Shown here one piece after another: positions 28,787-32,000 of a stretch of 32,000 nucleotides of DNA (position 1 is its first letter; the number at the start of each line of letters is the position of its first letter). Position numbers and translations under genes: made by a program. The notes under the pieces are model-generated. The model was given only the letters and a program-made list of their open reading frames with translations, did not search any database and was not told where the DNA came from. This stretch comes from Archaeoglobus fulgidus DSM 4304 (GTDB taxonomy: Archaea; Halobacteriota; Archaeoglobi; Archaeoglobales; Archaeoglobaceae). The stretch lies in assembly GCF_000008665.1 (NCBI RefSeq), contig NC_000917.1, forward strand, positions 1,710,001-1,742,000. The letters are read 5' to 3'.

Positions 28787-28893
28787 ATTATCTTCTTTTT
28801 CCTCACCATCTCGAATATGTCCATTCTCGTTAACTTCTCAGCATTCTTCGAAACGCTTTCCTTTATCATCTGAAATCTCTCTGCCTCGGTCAT
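28777..28893 (-). CDS. Unannotated small ORF, 38 aa, unknown function
   Basis: Translation MTEAERFQMIKESVSKNAEKLTRMDIFEMVRKKKIIHD from ATG 28893 to TGA 28777; TATATATT box at 28915-28922 about 25 nt upstream of the ATG. Confidence 0.4.
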   Translation of the reverse strand: MTEAERFQMIKESVSKNAEKLTRMDIFEMVRKKKIIHD

Positions 28894-28989
28894 ATATTAA
28901 GTTCTGCGTAAAGGTATATATTTTTTTCCAAACTATATATTATCATTGCTATAATAATAACAATAATGCTCGTAATGAGAGGCTTAATA

Positions 28990-29012
28990 GAAAAATAAAT
29001 TAAAAATACAAA
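28990..29012 (-). terminator. T-rich termination tract downstream of purL
   Basis: On the - strand: GTATTTTTAATTTATTTTTC, about 40 nt beyond the purL stop. Confidence 0.4.
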
Positions 29013-29051
29013 CCACCCCTTGCGCAATAAAGAGAGAAAAGCCTCGTGAAT

Positions 29052-31349
29052 TTACAGGAACTTCGTGAGCCCTTCCCTCCAGGATTTATCCGCCTCGCCA
29101 AGCTCAACGCTGAAAGCCCCAAAATCAAGCCTTTCTCCACCGCTGTAGCCAATAACTTCAGCCTTAAGCTCCTTCGCCCTGAAAAACTCCGCATAGCCCT
29201 CCGCAACGCTTTCGGGAACCTCCACCACCCACCTCGTGTTCGACTCGGAGAAAAGCTCGACGAAGCTAAGCTCTCTCGCAGCCTCAAAGCCCAATCCCCT
29301 GCCAAAGCTCATTTCAGCGATGCAGACTGCTAATCCACCCATGCTGACGTCGTGGCAGGCTTTGACCTCAAACTTCCTGAAGGACTCAAGCATCGCATCG
29401 CTGTATGTCTTCAGCCTCTCAGGCGAGGTTCTCGGCACTTTGTGGCACCTCTGCCCCATCACCGCAGAATACAGGCTGCCTCCAAACTCGTTATGCGTTT
29501 CTCCGACGAGAATTACGGCTCCTCTGCCCTTGAACTCGCTCGTTATCGCCTTTCTAACATCCTCCACTATGCCCACACCAAGCAGTGAGGGAGTGGGAGC
29601 AACGGCCCCGTAGGGGGTTTCGTTGTAGAAGCTCACGTTTCCGCTCACGCAGGGAACTCCCACACCTTTGGCCATCCATCCCAAGGCTTTAACAGCCTCA
29701 ACAAACTCCCCCATCCTCTCAGGCTTCTCAGGATTGCCGAAGTTCAGGCAGTCGTTGAAGGAGTGCGGAACGGCGTTGACCGCAACAAGGTTCCTCACCA
29801 TCTCATCAAAGCTGCTGGCAGCGCCCCAGTAGGGGTCAACCTTGCACATCCACGGATTCACATCTGCCGTTATTGCCAGACCCCTGAAGGATCTCGTTGG
29901 CTTGATGACGGCAGCATCTCCATGCGTTTCGAAGTTCATTTTTCCTTGCAGAGGCTTTAAGACGGTTGAGGCCCTCACCTCGTGGTCATACTGCCTCACA
30001 ATCCACTCCTTGAAGGCAGCGTTCGGATGGGAGAGCATCTTCATGAAGGTCTTAACGTAGTCCGCAGGTGGCTCGACCTCCTCGTGCAGCTCCTTCTCAG
30101 GCTTTCTGGCAACGTAGGGACGGCAGTATTCAGGCCCTGAGGTGACGAACTCCGTGTCCATCTCGTAAATCTTGTAGCCTTTGTAGTAGATTCTGGTGAT
30201 TTTTTCTGGAATCACCTTTCCAACGACAGTGGCTGGAACATCCCACTTCTGGAAGATGTAAAGAACTTCGTCTATGTGCTCCGGCCTGACTGTGAGCATC
30301 ATCCTCTCCTGACTTTCGGAAATCCATATCTCCCAAGGGGCCATTCCCTCCTCCTTCAGCGGAACCTTGTCCAGATAAACCTCAGCCCCAAAACCAGCGG
30401 CGAGGGCCATCTCCCCGATGACGCAGCTCAGCCCTCCTCCTCCCAAATCCTTCATTCCCGTCAGAAGGCCTTTCTCCACGACCTCAAGGCAGGCGTGGAT
30501 GAGGGGCTCCTTCATTATAGGATTTCCCAGCTGCACCGCTCCCCTCGCCTCCTCCTCGCTCTTCTCGTCAAGCTCTGCTGATGCGAAAGTTACGCCGTGA
30601 ATCCCATCCCTTCCCGTCTTGCCGCCAGCAAGCACGAAGAGGTCTCCAGCCCCTCCAGCACGGCTGTGGATGATTCTGTCCTTCCTCACTATGCCCACAC
30701 ATCCCACATTAACAAGGCAGTTCGTCAGGTAGGAGTTGTCAAAAAACACCATTCCCGCAACCGTTGGAATTCCAACTCTGTTGCCGTAATCCCTTATCCC
30801 CGCAACAACACCCTTAAGCAGGTAAAGGGGATGCTTCGTCCCCCTCGGCAGCTTCTCGTAGGGAGTGTCGAGATTCCCGAAAAAGAGGGGGTCTATTAGT
30901 GCAATAGGCTGGGCACCCATGCAGAGGACGTCCCTCAAAATCCCTCCAATGCCTGTAGCAGCCCCGCCGTAGGGCTCTATTGCCGAGGGATGATTGTGAC
31001 TCTCAAAGGCCGTAACGTAGGCATACTCATCATCAAACTCCACAACTCCAGCATCCTCCTCAATGGCGGAGATGACGTAATCAGCCTTAGAAGCTTCGAG
31101 AAGGTACTGCCTCAAATAATACTTCGAGCTCTTGTAGCAGCAGTGCTCGCTCCATGCTTGGGCAAGGCTCTGAAGCTCGATGTCGTAGGGATTTCTGCCC
31201 TTCTGGCGGAAGTAATCCTGAATGCGCTTCATCTCGTCAACGCTCAAAGCTAAGCCCATCTCCTCGCTGATTTTCGCCAGCTCCTCTTCACTGGCATCGA
31301 GAATCTCAACCTCGTAAAGCTCGAAGGGAACGTCAACCTTCCTGTACAT
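29052..31349 (-). CDS. purL: Phosphoribosylformylglycinamidine synthase II (small PurL)
   Basis: [17 protein letters not shown]...[32 protein letters not shown]...[17 protein letters not shown]...[13 protein letters not shown]...[11 protein letters not shown]. Confidence 0.96.
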
Positions 31350-31353
31350 ACTC

Positions 31354-31596
31354 TCACTCTCTCCAGACTATGCTGTACTTCTGAATTACAGGGTTGGCGA
31401 GGAGCTTCTCGCACATCTCGGCAATCTCCCTCTCCGCCTCCTCCCTGCTTCTCGCTTCGATGTCAATTCGAAAAACCTTCACGGTTGAGACCTTCTTAAC
31501 CCTCTTAAAGCCAAGCAGCCTTAGAGCTTTGAGCGTCGCCTCACCTTCAGGGTCAGCAACGCCCTCCTTGAGCTCGATGTAAACGTCTGCAATCAT
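31354..31596 (-). CDS. purS: Phosphoribosylformylglycinamidine synthase subunit PurS
   Basis: [76 protein letters not shown]; start 31596, not the 31668 ORF start. Confidence 0.94.
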
Positions 31597-31637
31597 GGTT
31601 GTTTTTTGCTCATGCTCTTTAAAAATCAAGCGATTCG

Positions 31638-31660
31638 GTGTATGATGATAGTGTATGATG
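31638..31660. repeat. Short direct repeat GTGTATGATG x2, 13-nt period
   Basis: GTGTATGATG at 31638-31647 and 31651-31660, between divergent TATA-like boxes. Confidence 0.5.
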
Positions 31661-31782
31661 GTACTCACAATAATCTGAAGGATAAAATTTATAAGTAAAA
31701 AAATTTTACTAAAATAAAAATTGAGGATAGCTTGCTGTTCTCAACTAAGGGTGGTTGAATGAGGTAGTTAATTCCGTTAACC

Positions 31783-32000
31783 TTGCTGGTATTAGTTATG
31801 GCCACAGCCTCAGCCGACACCCTATGCAGTCAGCAGGAAGATGAGAGCTGGGGAAACCTGATGCTGCACGGCTTTCAGGTTGAAGCCTACAAGCCCGTTA
31901 GGGTTGGCGATAAGGTTTGCTACTCCTTCTATCTGAAGAACACAGGCAGCAGCGATGTAACGCTGGGGAAAAAGGGAGTCTACCTCCACACCAACGACGG
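31783..32000 (+). CDS. 5' part of a predicted secreted protein (signal peptide), truncated by the window edge
   Basis: (L)IPLTLLVLVMATASA|DTLCSQQEDESWGNLMLHGFQVEAYKPVRVGDKVCYSFYLKNTGSSDVTLGKKGVYLHTND; open to 32000. Start codon uncertain: ATG 31759 is in frame but followed by TAG at 31765; TTG 31783 or ATG 31798 are alternatives. Confidence 0.5.
   Translation, partial: MLVLVMATASADTLCSQQEDESWGNLMLHGFQVEAYKPVRVGDKVCYSFYLKNTGSSDVTLGKKGVYLHTND

Noticed and set aside
28894-29050. AT-rich gap between the small ORF and purL as a structured RNA or mobile-element scar
   Set aside because: No inverted repeat, target-site duplication or GC-rich helix is visible; promoter and poly-T termination signals explain the composition.
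1-32000. tRNA, rRNA, IS element, toxin-antitoxin or defence locus
   Set aside because: No transposase, integrase, cas or restriction proteins among the ORFs, and no cloverleaf or terminal repeats noticed by eye. A tRNAscan-SE/Infernal run would be needed to be certain about small RNAs.

Overview
The window is an archaeal chromosomal segment; protein content and gene order look like Archaeoglobus (recognition from knowledge, no database search run). From left to right it holds: (1) an orphan CheY-like receiver and an archaeal DnaG primase on the + strand; (2) a compact ribosomal-protein superoperon of about 14.6 kb on the - strand, transcribed from 16255 down to 1670: SPOUT-type methyltransferase, L3, L4, L23, L2, S19, L22, S3, L29, rnp1 (RNase P Rpp29), S17, L14, L24, S4e, L5, S14, S8, L6, L32e, L19e, L18, S5, L30, L15, SecY, DUF106/EMC3-like protein, Cmk; (3) a LolA/RseB-like lipoprotein; (4) a formylmethanofuran dehydrogenase operon fwdDBAC (+); (5) an acyl-CoA ligase, a MaoC-like hydratase, a tandem UspA protein, mch, a PIN-domain HARP/'RNA ligase partner' protein, a MinD/ParA-like ATPase and an ADP-forming acyl-CoA synthetase in beta-alpha order; (6) purL and purS, and the 5' end of a secreted protein running off the right edge. 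I found no CRISPR array, transposon, tRNA or rRNA, and no convincing new multigene system. The best leads are: a UspA-family gene whose middle section reads in three successive frames (three single-nt shifts summing to -3); the acidic tail of ribosomal protein S3 overprinted on the start of L29; an unannotated 38-aa ORF antisense to the end of acd with its own TATA box; an in-frame TAG at codon 3 of a signal-peptide gene; two different RNase P-type proteins close together; and a consistent 24-27 nt TATA-to-start spacing suggesting leaderless mRNAs.
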